Made by a program: the position numbers and the translations under genes. DNA of 62,741 bases, the filler included, from Sphacelaria rigidula (lineage: Eukaryota): assembly GCA_964200075.2 (NCBI GenBank). It is 8 parts of 8 records of this genome, joined end to end, with 100 filler letters (N's around TTAATTAATTAA, not from the genome) between each part and the next. Parts side by side here need not be neighbours in the genome. Positions count along the whole stretch, not along the records: positions 31,424 to 39,178 come from CAXNAA020013563.1; positions 39,279 to 47,033 come from CAXNAA020013564.1; positions 47,134 to 54,887 come from CAXNAA020013565.1; 5 more parts are not named here. One strand, written 5' to 3'. The notes beneath the pieces were generated by a model. It was not told where the DNA came from. It searched no databases and was given only the letters and a program-made list of their open reading frames with translations. Shown one piece after another: positions 36,345 through 48,989 of this stretch (the first letter of the stretch is position 1; the number at the start of each line of letters is the position of its first letter).

Positions 36345-36721
36345 TTTTCATGTGCGGCATGATTTTTTTCATCTCTTCCGTCATACTTCAAACCCCTCTT
36401 CTTCCTCTGGACGAGTCCGTGGTTCGTGGTCGGAAGGGATCGACCCCTCTCTCCCCACGGGACACACCTCGTATTTTGGTCTCGCGCATTGGATCATGAC
36501 CATCAGCACTCTTGCACCGTACCAGCTTTTGCCAAACAAACTCAGTCAAACGCTTTTCATCCACTGACGTCCCACGCTTTCAACATCGGAAATGATACTT
36601 GTGCTGTACTTGGAAGAAAAAACCCGAGAGGCATCTGGCGGCAATCGAACTCACCATCTCTGCACCCTAATTGTGTCAGTTGGATCATGGTCATGTTCAT
36701 GTACACCACCGGGGCGCGGCG
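36345..36721 (-). mobile_element. tRNA-derived SINE family 1, near full length, in an SF3A1 intron
   Basis: tacaccaccggggcgcggcg head and gcaatcgaactc B box on the minus strand; shared body. Confidence 0.75.
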
Positions 36722-37625
36722 AATACTCTGGGTACTCGGGTCTAAACGGCACAAAGAAAGAAGGGCGACAATCTTGTGTGTTTTCGTACGACAAAAGGCC
36801 ATACAAATGGAACCCCTCTTCGCAGTGGACCAGTTCGTTACTATGTTCGGCGGGGAGCGCTGCGAAGGACGAGGGGGACCACGCACACAGAGCGAGAGGT
36901 GCGCTGGGGCGACAAAGTGCCTCCGCACGAATTCATCATCCCCCACAACACCCCGCTAAGAACGACCTCGTACATGGAGCAAATTGTGAGAGACAATGCG
37001 CTCGGATTGTGAAGCTGTTCCGACACAACTCAATCATGAAGCGAAACGCATCAACCAATGGCGCAGCCGCACAAAGCAGCAAACAGGCCAGGGTGCGCCG
37101 TCGTTCGACTCGTGCAAGATCTACAGTCGGTCGCCTGAGACGATTTAGAATGTGTGCGGGGGGACTACTACTACTATACGGCAAGGACAAGAAACGACGC
37201 GCGGAAATTTTCAAGCCATGGCATACATTCATGGGTGTATGTGACATGAGAGATGCCGCGATGTATCCCCCCCAGAAAAATGGTCGAGAGGTAAAATCTT
37301 CATGTCAACCAAAACAACAAAAGCGTGGCACACCAAGCGACTGGCAACTTCCACGGTTGGGATCGTATTCGCCAATGTCGCATATATGACAGGCTTCATG
37401 AAGTCTGAAACCAGCTATCATGCGCTGTATGGCCATTTCCTTCGCGACAGTTTTGAAGCTGGTTTGGGGCAGGGGGGGGAGGAGGGGGGAGGGGGGAGGG
37501 GGGCTATCACTCCATCACGCACACGCGGATTTCTCCCCATTATCTACGTTTTCCAAAGTTATGGGTCGAAACGGGGGCGGATTTTTTGTACTTTATCTCG
37601 GGAAAGTGTGCGCCGACCACTGTTG

Positions 37626-37634
37626 TTATTATTA

Positions 37635-37690
<56 letters not shown>
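37626..37690 (+). repeat. (TTA)n microsatellite
   Basis: about 21 TTA units, one of them interrupted (TCA). Confidence 0.97.
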
Positions 37691-38881
37691 TCCGCACATC
37701 AGTCCGATCTCGCGAACCCGTGGTCATTGTATGCGCAAGGAATGGATAGTAGTCGGGCCAATCATATCCATCACAAATACTACGTCACCTAGAAATAACG
37801 CCTACGCTCGGACAAGACCTACCATTACCACTGCACATTCTGCAACAGACCTATGACTAACGTTGCCGTACATGCGTACACAGGGCCAAAACGACATGAG
37901 GATAGAAGCTGCTGCTTGTCTTGTTGTTACGTCCCTCTTGTTGCAGTACTATGTTGTGTCGATCTGTCAATGCGGCTATATCTCGGCAACGAAGCAGAGG
38001 ATTGGACTGCGGTTTCTTGCGTGCGCTTCCCGTTCACCAAATCGAGGTATCGCCGTTACGCGATTGCCCTCGCGCGTGATACCAAGCCGCAACAAGCCCA
38101 AATATACAAAGATGTGTTTTTCAGCTTTTGGGGCTTCTCGGGTTCGCTGTGGCGGATTGAGTAAAGAGGGTGATGGCTTGGCCTAGCTGTTGCGTGTATG
38201 CGGGGGGGCTGTGAAGTGCCGCGGGCCGGCTTGCTTCCTGTGTACTGCAGAGAAACTCGCGATGAAAAGTGGTATAGCTGTCGCATACTAAAACCAAGTT
38301 AATAAGGGGTGAAGTGTGTGTTCCGTTCGTGTTATAGTCGACAGAAATGCGACTCGCTGCTGTTGTGATGATTATCCCTCCGTGTTTATTTTTATTTTTT
38401 TCGGAGAACTTTTTTTTTTGCCGTTAGGCCTCCTCATTTCGACCGAAAACAGTAGCCGTCTCATACCCGCGGTGACGAGTGATAAATATCCAAAAAATTC
38501 TCAACAGAGATCATGGCTGTACAAGGTATATTAATGCCGTGCTGAGTCGTGATGGAAACATGCACCTATGCAGAATTTATTTATCACGACTACACCCTTC
38601 TCGTGATCATTTTTTCATGATCATCAAGGGTCAGTCTAGGGGTAGTATCTAAAAAAATAAAAGAATGAAGGGTGATGGTCCATGATGCATGCTCGGCGCT
38701 ACGCCACTCGGTACGGGTTCACGTGCCCTACACCATCGCAGCCACCTTCGCGCCTTCAACAGGGACAACTCTTCTATAGTGCTTCTGACGTAGTAGCTAG
38801 TCTCAACGATAATGTGTCATTTTCCACCTACCCCTGTTACCAGTAATATTCTCAGTTTCTCCTTTTGAATGGTTGCCATAC

Positions 38882-39028
38882 CTCGTCGTTCTGGGGCGGG
38901 GGTGGCGGAGGGGGTCCCGGCGGCGGGGGTGGGGCGTCATCTTCCTCGTTCTTGTCTTCCTGGTCGCTGTCATCCATGTCCATGTCCATGTCCATGTCGT
39001 CGTCATCATCGTCATCATCCACTTGCGG
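38882..39028 (-). CDS. SF3A1: splicing factor 3A subunit 1 (Prp21), internal acidic/Pro-rich exon; upstream exons lie off the contig
   Basis: tttttgccgcag|CCG...GAG|gtatgg; 147 nt, phase 0-0; PQVDDDDDDDDMDMDMDMDDSD...PPPPQNDE, the acidic linker expected before the PITG motif. Confidence 0.85.
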
Positions 39029-39099
39029 CTGCGGCAAAAATAAACCGAGAACATGGGGGCAGGAGAGAATAACGCAGAATGTCAGGTTCAGGCGCGCGC

Positions 39100-39178
39100 G
39101 CTCGGGGAGGGGAGAGGGTGTACTCATGATCATGCATGCCATAGTCATAAGACCATTGACCTCGCATCCCTACAAAGC
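39100..39178 (-). mobile_element. LINE 3' end, subfamily B, decayed C tail
   Basis: reverse complement of 15713-15778; the contig breaks at the same base (gctttgtaggg). Confidence 0.75.
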
Positions 39179-39278
39179 NNNNNNNNNNNNNNNNNNNNNN
39201 NNNNNNNNNNNNNNNNNNNNNNTTAATTAATTAANNNNNNNNNNNNNNNNNNNNNNNNNNNNNNNNNNNNNNNNNNNN
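39179..39278. other. artificial contig linker
   Basis: N44-TTAATTAATTAA-N44. Confidence 0.98.
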
Positions 39279-39486
39279 ATGGAAAACGCTCACACAGTCT
39301 CTAGCCATCGTTCAAGCCATCGCACGGAGCAAACGGACCCGTAACGGATGAGATACATGCATGATGCATGGTGGCATGCCACAAGAGTGCTCACTCTGCC
39401 ATTAGCATGTATCTCATCCGTTACGGGTCCGTTTGCTCCGTACGATGGCTTGAACGATAGCTAGAGACTGTGTGAGTGTTTTCCAT
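39279..39486. repeat. near-perfect hairpin, 82-bp arms, 44-nt loop
   Basis: 39279-39360 versus 39405-39486, 3 mismatches; the arm is related to 43320-43450 and to the 40930-43290 units. Confidence 0.92.
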
Positions 39487-40929
39487 GTGTTGCTGTGTCC
39501 ATGCGGTGCTTGTGGGACGGATGCTGAATGTTGACGGATGTAACAGATTACGTCAACGTTGACGTGAATAGCAAGACCCATTCCGAAACGTGAACTCCAT
39601 AGGACCCATCCTCAGCGAAAACAATGGTCCGGTCCTATCACCCAGGAGTTCCAAACATCGGTCTTGTACACTTACTTCGCCCGCACACATCCATAGCACA
39701 CGTGTCAGTTCGACATTAAGGTGAAACTCGCCAATAGTTTCGAACCCTGAAACGGCGATGTCCTTTACTGAAACATTCAGCGGGCGGGGACGCAGCACGT
39801 TTGAACCAGCCGAGCTTCTATCCCGTTGACATTCATCCCGTGGCTGCAACTGACTCTGCGCGCATGGCGCTGGAGAGAAGCGCCCTATTTCCTCCAATTT
39901 GATACAATGAGCTTGGGACTGCAAGTATCGATGGCTTGGCACTGTGCCCGCACGGCAATCTTAATAGCCGCGAACGAAGAATCCACGTGATTGAGGGCCA
40001 GTGCCGGGATTTGAAGTCTTCGGATATCACATCTATTTTGAGGACCACTGCTTCATTTTCAACCCGATGAGAATACACGTCATTGAAGAAATCACTATAT
40101 ATCTGAGTACGTCCTCATCGACATGCAGCCGCTACCGTCGGCCCTGCCCGTCTTTGCCGGCCATAAGAATGATACTGACGCGTGATGAGCCGCGTCACGT
40201 ACACACGTGAGTATTAGGCACCTCAAGTGCTGCCGTTCTCACCTTGACTCCATGATAGCCATCTACCGACGAAAGCTGTGGTCGTACTCCGCCGCAGTGG
40301 CTGTCCGCAACCTTTTATTGGCAGCTTAGTTACGCCCATGCCAGACAAGATCGTCGCCAACGCGCGAACACGCCCGCCCAAATACGAAAAATCCGGAGAG
40401 TAAAACAGTTTGGGTGGGCGCTGCGTCAGACATGCTCGTCCACTGGATTTCCACGTCATGTTCCACCATATTGTGGATACGAGCTACGGAGGTGGATATG
40501 AAATACAGGATATAAACGAGTCGGTTCCACAAGATACGAGGCAAGTTTTCCGTGCGCAGAACATCGTCCGCTTGCATTTTGTAAGTGAGGAACTTGTCAG
40601 CACACGCCCTTTATATATAATACCTTCTTGTCCGCGATATGTCTCTTCCTGTCTGCCTCTCCCTCGCTCTTGATTCCATATTCGTATCTACTGATTTTTC
40701 TCATATCACGGCATAGCACTTCTCACCCCCTTGAACACGTGAGTGACAGTCCATGGTGACATGGTGTGGTGTCGAAAACAATTCCAACGGTAATTCCATT
40801 CTGGAACGCTCGTTTGTTTAATGTCAAGCCATGTCCCACGGGTTGACCTACTCTTCTTCCTGGGTCTTGTTTCCTTCGTTTTATTATTTTGTAATTCTCT
40901 AGACTCTAAGAGCAAGGTTATTTCCGAGT

Positions 40930-43290
40930 CGCAACTTGGACACAGTTATGTCCAAGTCCAGCCGCGATTTGAATACCCACCCGCGTGTGTCGCATGCGCG
41001 TTGCATGGATGCCACAACCTGGAATACACTCATACAGCCCGTAGCCATCGTTGAAGCCATCGCACGGTGCGAACGCCTCGTGGCGGACGAAACACGCGCC
41101 CGCTGCACAGTGCCAAGAAATACCGCCGCCCGACTGGACTTGGACATAAGCTATGTCCAGGTCCAGCGAGTGTAATACCTGTCCGCGCTCGTCCCATGTA
41201 CCATGTATCGACACAACAGCACATGCAACACACTCACACAGTGCGTAGCCTTCGTTCAAGCTATCATAGGGTGCAAACCGCCTCGTGGCGGACGAGAAAC
41301 GCGCCTGCTACACACAGTGCGAAGAAATACCGCCACCTGACTGGACTTGGACACAGCTCATGTCGAAGTCGCGACTTCGACATGAGCTATGTCCAAGTTC
41401 AGCGAGTGGAATACCTGCCGGCGCTCGTCCAATATACCTTGCATCGACACCACAACACTCGGAATACACACACACAGTTCGTAGCCATCGTTCAAGCCAC
41501 TGCACGATGCATACGATTCCGTGGCGGGCGCGAATCGCGCCTGCTAGACACAGTACAGAGTCAAGAAATACCACTGCGCCCGACTCGGCTTTGACATAGC
41601 TCATGTCAAAGACGCGACTTGGGCGACTTGGACATACGCTATTTGACTGAGGGCTGGGTGTCATAGGGGCAATTGATCATGTGCTTGCGATTGATAGCGG
41701 CAGCGTTGCATAAAAGGACGCTAATGGGTGATTGCCGCTAGTACATTTTAGGGAAATGCTAAATACACAGTTATGTGTTTTCTCACGTCCATAAACGGTT
41801 ATGTATTTGGAAAAAGTCTATTTACCAGTCGCGACTGGTGAATAGTCATGTACAAGTGGCGAGTGGTGAATAGATATGTACAAGTCGCGACTTGTAACTA
41901 GTTACGTACAAGTCCAGCCGCGATTTGAATGCCTGTCCGCGTTCGTCTTATGTGCCTTGCATCGACACCACAGCAGCTGCAATACACTCACACAATCTGT
42001 AGCCATCGTTCGACCCATCGCACAGTGCGAACGGCCCAGTAGCGGACAAGAAACGAGCCTGCTTCACACAGTGCCAAAAATATCGCCACCCGACTGGACT
42101 TATAAATAGTTATGTACACGTCACTACTTTTAGGTATGTACAAGTCCAGTTAGTAGAACACCTGTCCGCGTTCGTCCCATGTGCCTTGCATCGACACCAC
42201 AGCAGCTGCACACTCGCACAATCTGTAGCCATTGTTGAAGCCATTGTACGGTGCAAGCGGCCTCGTATCGGACGAGAAACGCGCCTGCTACACACAGTGC
42301 CAAAAATACCGCCACCCGACTGGACTTGTACGTAGTTATGTACAAGTCGCGACTTGTCTCAACGTTGATGACATTTCTAGTCCATTGGACACTATAAATA
42401 CATGCTTGACCCTTATTAGACCGTGGTGCGGGTAGTCCAACTGGATCACGCATTCTTTTTCAAGTGAATATTATTCAGCAGGTGACCTACCCTCCCGGCC
42501 AAAGGGTCAACCTGCCTAAACCTAAGTGCATCGCAGAATAACGCGGTTAAAATGTACTAGCGGCAATCATCTGCTGTTGGCGTTCTTGTCTGCACCGCGG
42601 CCGCTATCAATCGCAAGCACATGATCACGTGTCCCATGGCACCCAGCCCCCAGTTGACATATATTATGCCGAAGTTGGTCCCATTTTTGACTGAAACCGT
42701 GTCCAAGGCCAGTCGGGTGCAGTGGTATTTCGTAGGACTGTGAGTAGCGGGCGCGATTCGCGCCCGCTGCGGTGGGGTTTGCACCGTGCGGTGGCTTGAA
42801 CAATGACTACGTAGTGTGTGAACGTATTGCGGCGCTGTGGTGTCGATGCAAGGCACATGGGACGAGCGCGGGCAGGTAGTCCACTCGCTGGACGTGTACA
42901 TGAACTACTTACAAGTAGCGACTTGTACATTACTATTTACAAGTGCAGCCGGGTGGCGGTATTGTTTGGTACCGTATATAGCAGGGGCATTTCTCTTCCG
43001 CTACGAGGCCGCTTGCACTGTGCGATGGGCTCGAACGATCGCTACGGATTGTGTGAGTGAACTGCAGCTAGCCGCTGTGGTGTCGATGCAAGGCACATGT
43101 GACGAACGCAGAGAGGCAAATCGCGGCTGGACTTACATCACTATTTACAAGTCTGTACACAACTATTCACCAGTCGCGGCTTGTACATACTGTAACTATT
43201 CACCAGTCGCGATTTGTACATACTTATTTACAAGTGGCGACTGGTAAAAAGCTTTTTTCCATGTATTTTGTTACATCCAGAGACCGTTAT
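40930..43290. repeat. cluster of three copies (two direct, one inverted) of an element built from about 205-235 bp tandem units
   Basis: gtagccatcgtt.aagccatcgcac recurs at about 41041, 41245, 41481, 41999 and 42225; tail 41650-41750 is inverted at 42548-42655; head aaaaag.c...ttaccagtcgc at about 41811 is inverted at about 43236-43257. Confidence 0.85.
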
Positions 43291-43539
43291 GTATGATGGT
43301 ACATCCATAACAACTCGACTACATGTCAGCGTCCGTCCCACGAGCCCCAAGTGGACATAGCAATACGTGGAAAACACTCGCACCCTCTCCAGCGGTCGTT
43401 GAAGCCAACGCATGGTGCAAACGGATCCCTGACGAATGAAAAATGTGCTCACTGTACAGTACAAATAAACACAACCATACCGCCTCTCCACCCGAGTAGA
43501 ATATCACGAAATCGAAGCCGCCCTTTTACAGTAGCTATT

Positions 43540-44270
43540 TGTGTTAATCCAAGCTGCCTCATATGGACGCAGCAACATCTTGTACACACTTCGTGCAGGC
43601 ACTACTTCGCCGTCATGGCGAAACTGTTGGATAAGAGGTCGGATACTAGTGTTGTATCCCAGCATCCGTTCGACAGCGCATGTGTGCCCAACCGTTGGCG
43701 GGAACCAACCGATGGCCGGGACGCTCCGCGGAGCGTGAACCAGGTGCTCCAATCCTCAGGGCATGATGAAGGCCGGGCCGGAAATCGCGACGGTGGCAGC
43801 GACGGCGGTTGGGGACCTACTCTTGACGTTATAATATTGACGGTGTACATTCCCCACAGCCAGCCGTGTCGAAACGAAAGGCCATGGTGGAAGCCGAACA
43901 ACGGCGCGTCTTCAACACGATGATAGCGCGGTTCAAGGAGAAAACAAGCACCGTCCTTGTTTCCGTCTCATCGCCAGCAGAAGCGTTGTCGATCCAAACA
44001 CAAATGCTGGCATACGGCGCAACTCTGATCCATATGGCGAAGGGCGCGTCCGGGCCAGGCAACCCTGCAAAGCCCCCGCAGAAACGCCGCCCGAACAGAT
44101 CAGACAATAGAGCAAAGTCTAACTCACGTAAGATGGACAGGGGGGAGGTGAACAGCAACGTGAATGTCAAGGAGGAAAAAGCGGCGAACCCTCAGCAGCG
44201 GGTGGGCAATTCCAAGCGCACGAAACACCACAGAAACTCAATGGAGACGCGGGGATCCTGCCCGAGATAA
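43540..44270 (+). pseudogene. MULE (Mutator-like) transposase C-terminal remnant with SWIM-like zinc finger
   Basis: SCLIWTQQHLVHTSCRHYFAVM...FDSACVPNRWR (CxH followed by RW); frameshifted continuation in ORF 43866..44270. Confidence 0.55.
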
Positions 44271-44606
44271 CGCTCGAAGACCGCCGCCCCATGATCCTTG
44301 ACCACCAATGCGCACTCATGAACGGCTGTGGCATGACTGACTTGCGTGCTTCCTGGGTTGCCGATGTTGCGTTCGAGCGCCTTACTGGGAAGTTTTTCGT
44401 GCTGTCACAGGTCAGTGCTCTACTTCGCAAGTCAGCACTCGTAGAAGGACCCGTAGTCGGTGGATTACCGTGCATATGGCGAGATGTCGGGGGGAGGGGT
44501 GTAATGGTTCTTCGTTTCATCCGACCTCGTGCGCGTGCTATTGCTTGTGCTGCGTGCAGCCGACGTGCGACTGTGTTTTTTATGGGCAAAAAGATTACGG
44601 CAAATA

Positions 44607-45425
44607 CAGGCTGGTTCACGGTGATCACCACAAAAACACTCATCGGCAAAACCTCACGCCCTTTTAAGGAGTTAGACCCTGAAATTTTGCACGAATGTTT
44701 CATGGGTAATTGCGCAACTTTTGACGGTTGGGTTTTTTTCTTTCTACTTTCTTACTTTTTCACCGTTTTTGGGGAGTCCCAGATTTTGGGGGGAAACCTC
44801 GACCCAATCGGACCCCGTAAAACGGTAACAAAAAATAAATGAAAAAACCCCAACCGTCAAAATTTGCGTAATTACCCGTAGAACATTCGTGCAAAATTTC
44901 AGGGTCTAAGTCCTTAAAACAGCGTGAGGGTTTTCGCTTTTGTGCGATGAAATTTGCCGTACCGCGGTGAAACCGCAAACTACTTGATTTTAGTACTAAA
45001 ACGGCGTTTTTGGGCCTTGTTTGACGTGACTATGGAAATTCAAGCATCAGTCGATCGAGGTTTGCGACGAAAATTTGTGGAGCCCATCCTTGGGTTAAAC
45101 GGAGGCAGATAGTTTGCGAAAAACTGGAAACAAACGTCGTAGTGCCGTTTTTCTGGGGTCCCAGATTGGAGACTACTTCGAAAAACGACTTCGATCCCGT
45201 CGTACCCCGAAAAACGGTGAAAAGCTCAAGAGTTGCAAGAAAAATCGTCCGTAGAAAGTTGCGTAATGATACATGGCGTATTGATGCGAAGTTTCAGGAT
45301 CTAACTCTTAGTGACAGCGTAAAAGGTTGCGCGTTTGTGGAGGACGTGGACTTGAAACGTGCAACTCCTAAATACTTGGTTTTAGTATGGATTCGTCTTC
45401 TGGGGTGAATTTGACGTCAAGGCAA
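44607..45425 (-). mobile_element. partial copy of the TA|CAGGCTGGTTCACGG element
   Basis: terminus at 44605-44621; internal palindrome of about 250 bp at 44664-44917; inverted homology to 14760-15546. Confidence 0.7.
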
Positions 45426-45899
45426 GAACAACTGTACAGGTATAGCTATTTCCGGTTACATACTACGCAGCGTATTGCGGTGTATGATGATATGTTGCCA
45501 ACAGTTGCGCATAATCGTATGTGTAACAGAGTGAGTTGGCCACGTATATTGCACTAGGTGTAGGGTAGAAGATCCCAGTGCGTGTTACACAGCAATAACT
45601 ACCGCTCAAATCTCGTGAGCAGCACTCGCAACAGACGTCGCGGTTTCGTTTCGCACACGTGTTGGTAAATTGTTCTCATCCAGTGCCTTGTCGCTGCTTG
45701 CTTTTGATATTCATCAATTGCTCCTGTCTCTGTCTCAGCTTTCCTTCACACTTCTCGGCACGAAATTTCAACTGGATTTCAATTCTTTCTCTTGGTCACA
45801 ATGCGCATCTAGCTGAAGACCAAACGAGGTTTTTTGTATGCCTTTTTCATACACGTCACTGGCGACCTCTACAGCCACTAGGCAACATGTGCGTGTCAA

Positions 45900-46635
45900 T
45901 TTCGTGAGACAACCCAAAAGTCTTGCGCGCGTTCCCCTCCACACTTCCGACTGCTCTCCTCATGAGTAGAACCACCTATAGCAACTGGGCTTCTGCGCTG
46001 CAACCACCCACAACAAACAATAGTTCCGTGAGATTGAGAGTCTACGATACGATTGAGAGTAGGCGCGACCGGAAATTTCCGAGAACTATCCATCAAGTAC
46101 CGAGTGGTGAAGTCTACTGGCATGTGACCCCATCATCAGATTCAAGGGTTCGTTCTGGGTGAAGATACCAACGGCTCGGCCAGTAAAAAATCGGAACCAG
46201 TGGCATTCGATGCGTTATATTCCATAGCATAAGTACTGGCTAAATAAATCAGAATGCGTAATGCTACAGACGTTTGAATCTTTACAATGGGAATCGGTCG
46301 GTAGGATGGCGCAAGAATGTACATCAGATTAGGAACAGTACGGTTAGAACATGGGGCTATTCACGATTGCTGGTTTGGGATGAGTGTCGATAGACTCTGT
46401 GACATTTCTTGGAAACGTTTTGACGAGAGATACGTAGCTGATACTAAAAAAAGTATTCGGAACAGAGCACATCGGGGATTTGCCATTATCATTTGCAAGC
46501 CTTGGCAGTGGTGATGATAACATGACGCCGGTCTCGCCGGAGATTGCTTTCGATTGACCTTTTCCCGACTGTTCCGCGTGTCATTTTCCAACGAGCCCAA
46601 TTTCGTTCTGACGCCCGAGACACGCCGCCCCCCCT
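45900..46635 (+). mobile_element. decayed LINE 3' region ending in a C tract (tentative further subfamily)
   Basis: frameshifted pieces LRVYDTI...HQVPSG, YIRLGTVRL...CWFGMS and FAII..LQ..WQW; ends gacacgccgccccccc. Confidence 0.35.
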
Positions 46636-47033
46636 CTATATCATTTCCTCCCAGCCACCCAGTATCCCTCTGCGGAGCGTCTTTTAAAACATTTGGTGAG
46701 TGTCATATTTCGGACAAATGAAGGTAGCTCACACAGAGACGAAATTTGTACAGCGCCGTTGTTTAAGCGTTACTCTGTTGATTGACGATATTCTTTCGTG
46801 TTGGCTCGCCGCCGGTAGTACAATGAGCACGAAATTCAAGAGGTCTGTGAGACTGCAGACTACGGGACGGTCTTTGATACACCGGCCAGTCACCACTTCA
46901 TCGATAAGTGATGTGTGCAGATGAGCCGAGGTGACGCACTGGATACCACGTGCGTGCTCGGTCGAGGCAGACGTTATTTTTTTTAAATCGGCACCTGCAT
47001 ACCCGTTGGATCAACAGGTAACATACATGGTAC

Positions 47034-47133
47034 NNNNNNNNNNNNNNNNNNNNNNNNNNNNNNNNNNNNNNNNNNNNTTAATTAATTAANNNNNNNNNNN
47101 NNNNNNNNNNNNNNNNNNNNNNNNNNNNNNNNN
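47034..47133. other. artificial contig linker
   Basis: N44-TTAATTAATTAA-N44. Confidence 0.98.
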
Positions 47134-47184
47134 CCTAACAATTCTAATCTCAGAAATTATTTCTGTACCTCTACCGTAGCATCA
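47134..47184 (-). mobile_element. terminus of the MITE family at 53439-53691
   Basis: cctaacaattctaa...ctaccgtagcatcac is the reverse complement homologue of 53440-53491. Confidence 0.7.
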
Positions 47185-47331
47185 CTCAGCAGACAGTAGA
47201 CAGCATTACTTGTGTCATGTGTTCAGCATCTGAAATTGTTTTTTTTTTTATTTGGCTTTGGAGGCGTTCACGACCTGCAGCAAGCTCTTGTTTGCATACG
47301 CCACCTGCGAATAGGTCGCGCCGAACGGATT

Positions 47332-47500
47332 CACACCCTGGACAATACATGATCAATAGTTGCAATAGACAAGAAAAGTACTGCATAAAGTATAGGCCTA
47401 TATGACTGTTGTCGGCCGGGAATAGTTGCAATAGGCCTATACTTGATGCAGTACACTTCTCGCCTAATGCATCTATTGACCATATATTGTCCAGGGTGTG
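47332..47500. mobile_element. MITE, TIR CACACCCTGGACAA, older copy
   Basis: TIRs intact; flanks aacggatt / gacgggat form only a degenerate TSD. Confidence 0.8.
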
Positions 47501-47850
47501 GACGGGATACACACATACTGTGCAGACTATGTGCAGACAGTACAGTAGTTCCTCGATCGAAAGCGCGTAAATTCGCTAGAACCCAAACCGCGCAATACGA
47601 ACGAATTCGCCCGAATCCATTCCGCCGCACTACTTCGCTCGATGGCAACAAAATGATGAGACACGGCCTGAGTACAGCTGCTGCGACGAAGGAGACTGCT
47701 TGAAATTATGAGATCGAAAACGCAGCGAGACGGCGCAACTGTGTTTGAAACCGTCAAAAACGCGGCGAGACTCTTGACTCGCGTGCGTGCTCGGCGCGGG
47801 CACACAACCGGACCACGACCTCAACCGTACAATCATAGGCTGTATAAGGC

Positions 47851-48064
47851 GTTGCAATGCATCACAATCGAACGACCATACCGAATTGGTTATTGTCGCG
47901 ATAGATGAAGCTACCAAATGAAGCTGTCAACTCGCCCAACACGTCCACCAACATATTGCTGCAATGCATTACAACCGAACGACCACACCGGATTGGCTGT
48001 TGTCGCGATAGATAAAGCCACCAAGCGAAGCTGTCAACTCACTCAACACGTCCTCCAATAGATG
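47851..48064 (+). repeat. diverged tandem duplication, period 107 bp
   Basis: g(t/c)tgcaatgcat at 47851 and 47958, colinear afterwards. Confidence 0.9.
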
Positions 48065-48895
48065 GTGCAGCGACCCGCCTGGATAAGGGGGGCGGGGGGG
48101 AGAGTACGTGTCTGATGAGGCCTCCCGACTGTATTGGTATATATGATGAGGTCTCCTACCCCCACGCCATGGTAGTTAGTGTTCTCTCGGGTTGAGAGGG
48201 CTTCCCTCGTGCTCGCGGTTAATGAGTGCGAAACTCAACCATTTTCGTACTCTCCGCAGATTTGCCGGGGTGGACGGCATGGATACGAAAATGTACTACC
48301 GTTTACTTTCTCTTCAGGGCTGGTTTTGCTGCCACCCCTTGTAGTATTTATCTTGCAGGGCTCTACTCGGGGATTAGTGGTCACCCTAGAAATGTTTCTT
48401 GTGTTACTTCCCTTTTCCTGACATCGCCATTTCGGCGAAGAAACCCGACACACGTGTCCGCATGAAGTACTCCGCATCTGCGTCCTCTCGCGCCCTGTCC
48501 CCACTCCTCACCAGCAGAGCTGTTTATTTTCTCGAACATATTTACGCGTATGCCTATCGCAATGTCTTGCCCTGCTGTTGATCTTGCCACCGCTGCCCCC
48601 TCTCTGCACCAATGCATTGTGAGAGTCTCCCAGCCCCGCTGGCTGCACATGCTTTTTAAACCGCCTCTAGAAGCGTTCAACTCTTCGATTTGGGCATGCA
48701 TGGGCGAAAAAAATACGCGTCTAGAGGCCATTATTATCGACACAGTTTTTGGGGAGATCGCCAAGAATTTAGGCGTTTTCGCACCTTTTTTTCAACCTTC
48801 TCCCGAAATGAAGCGGCGAGATTTTTTCGCCGGGCCTTCACGTTTGGCGAATGTCTCATTTTTCGAACCCCAGCACAACACTCCGCCCTTGCCGC

Positions 48896-48989
48896 TTGCA
48901 AGCGTACGAGAATCATCAGGAAACTTGCTAGTGACACCCTGGTTGCAGGCGTACGAGAATCATCAGGAAACTTGCTAGTGACACCCTGG
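48896..48989 (+). repeat. near-perfect tandem duplication, period 47 bp
   Basis: ttgca(a/g)gcgtacgagaatcatcaggaaacttgctagtgacaccctgg x2. Confidence 0.95.

Noticed and set aside
37302-37856. poly-Leu/Tyr/Ile ORFs
   Set aside because: They are translations of the (TTA)n microsatellite within an SF3A1 intron.
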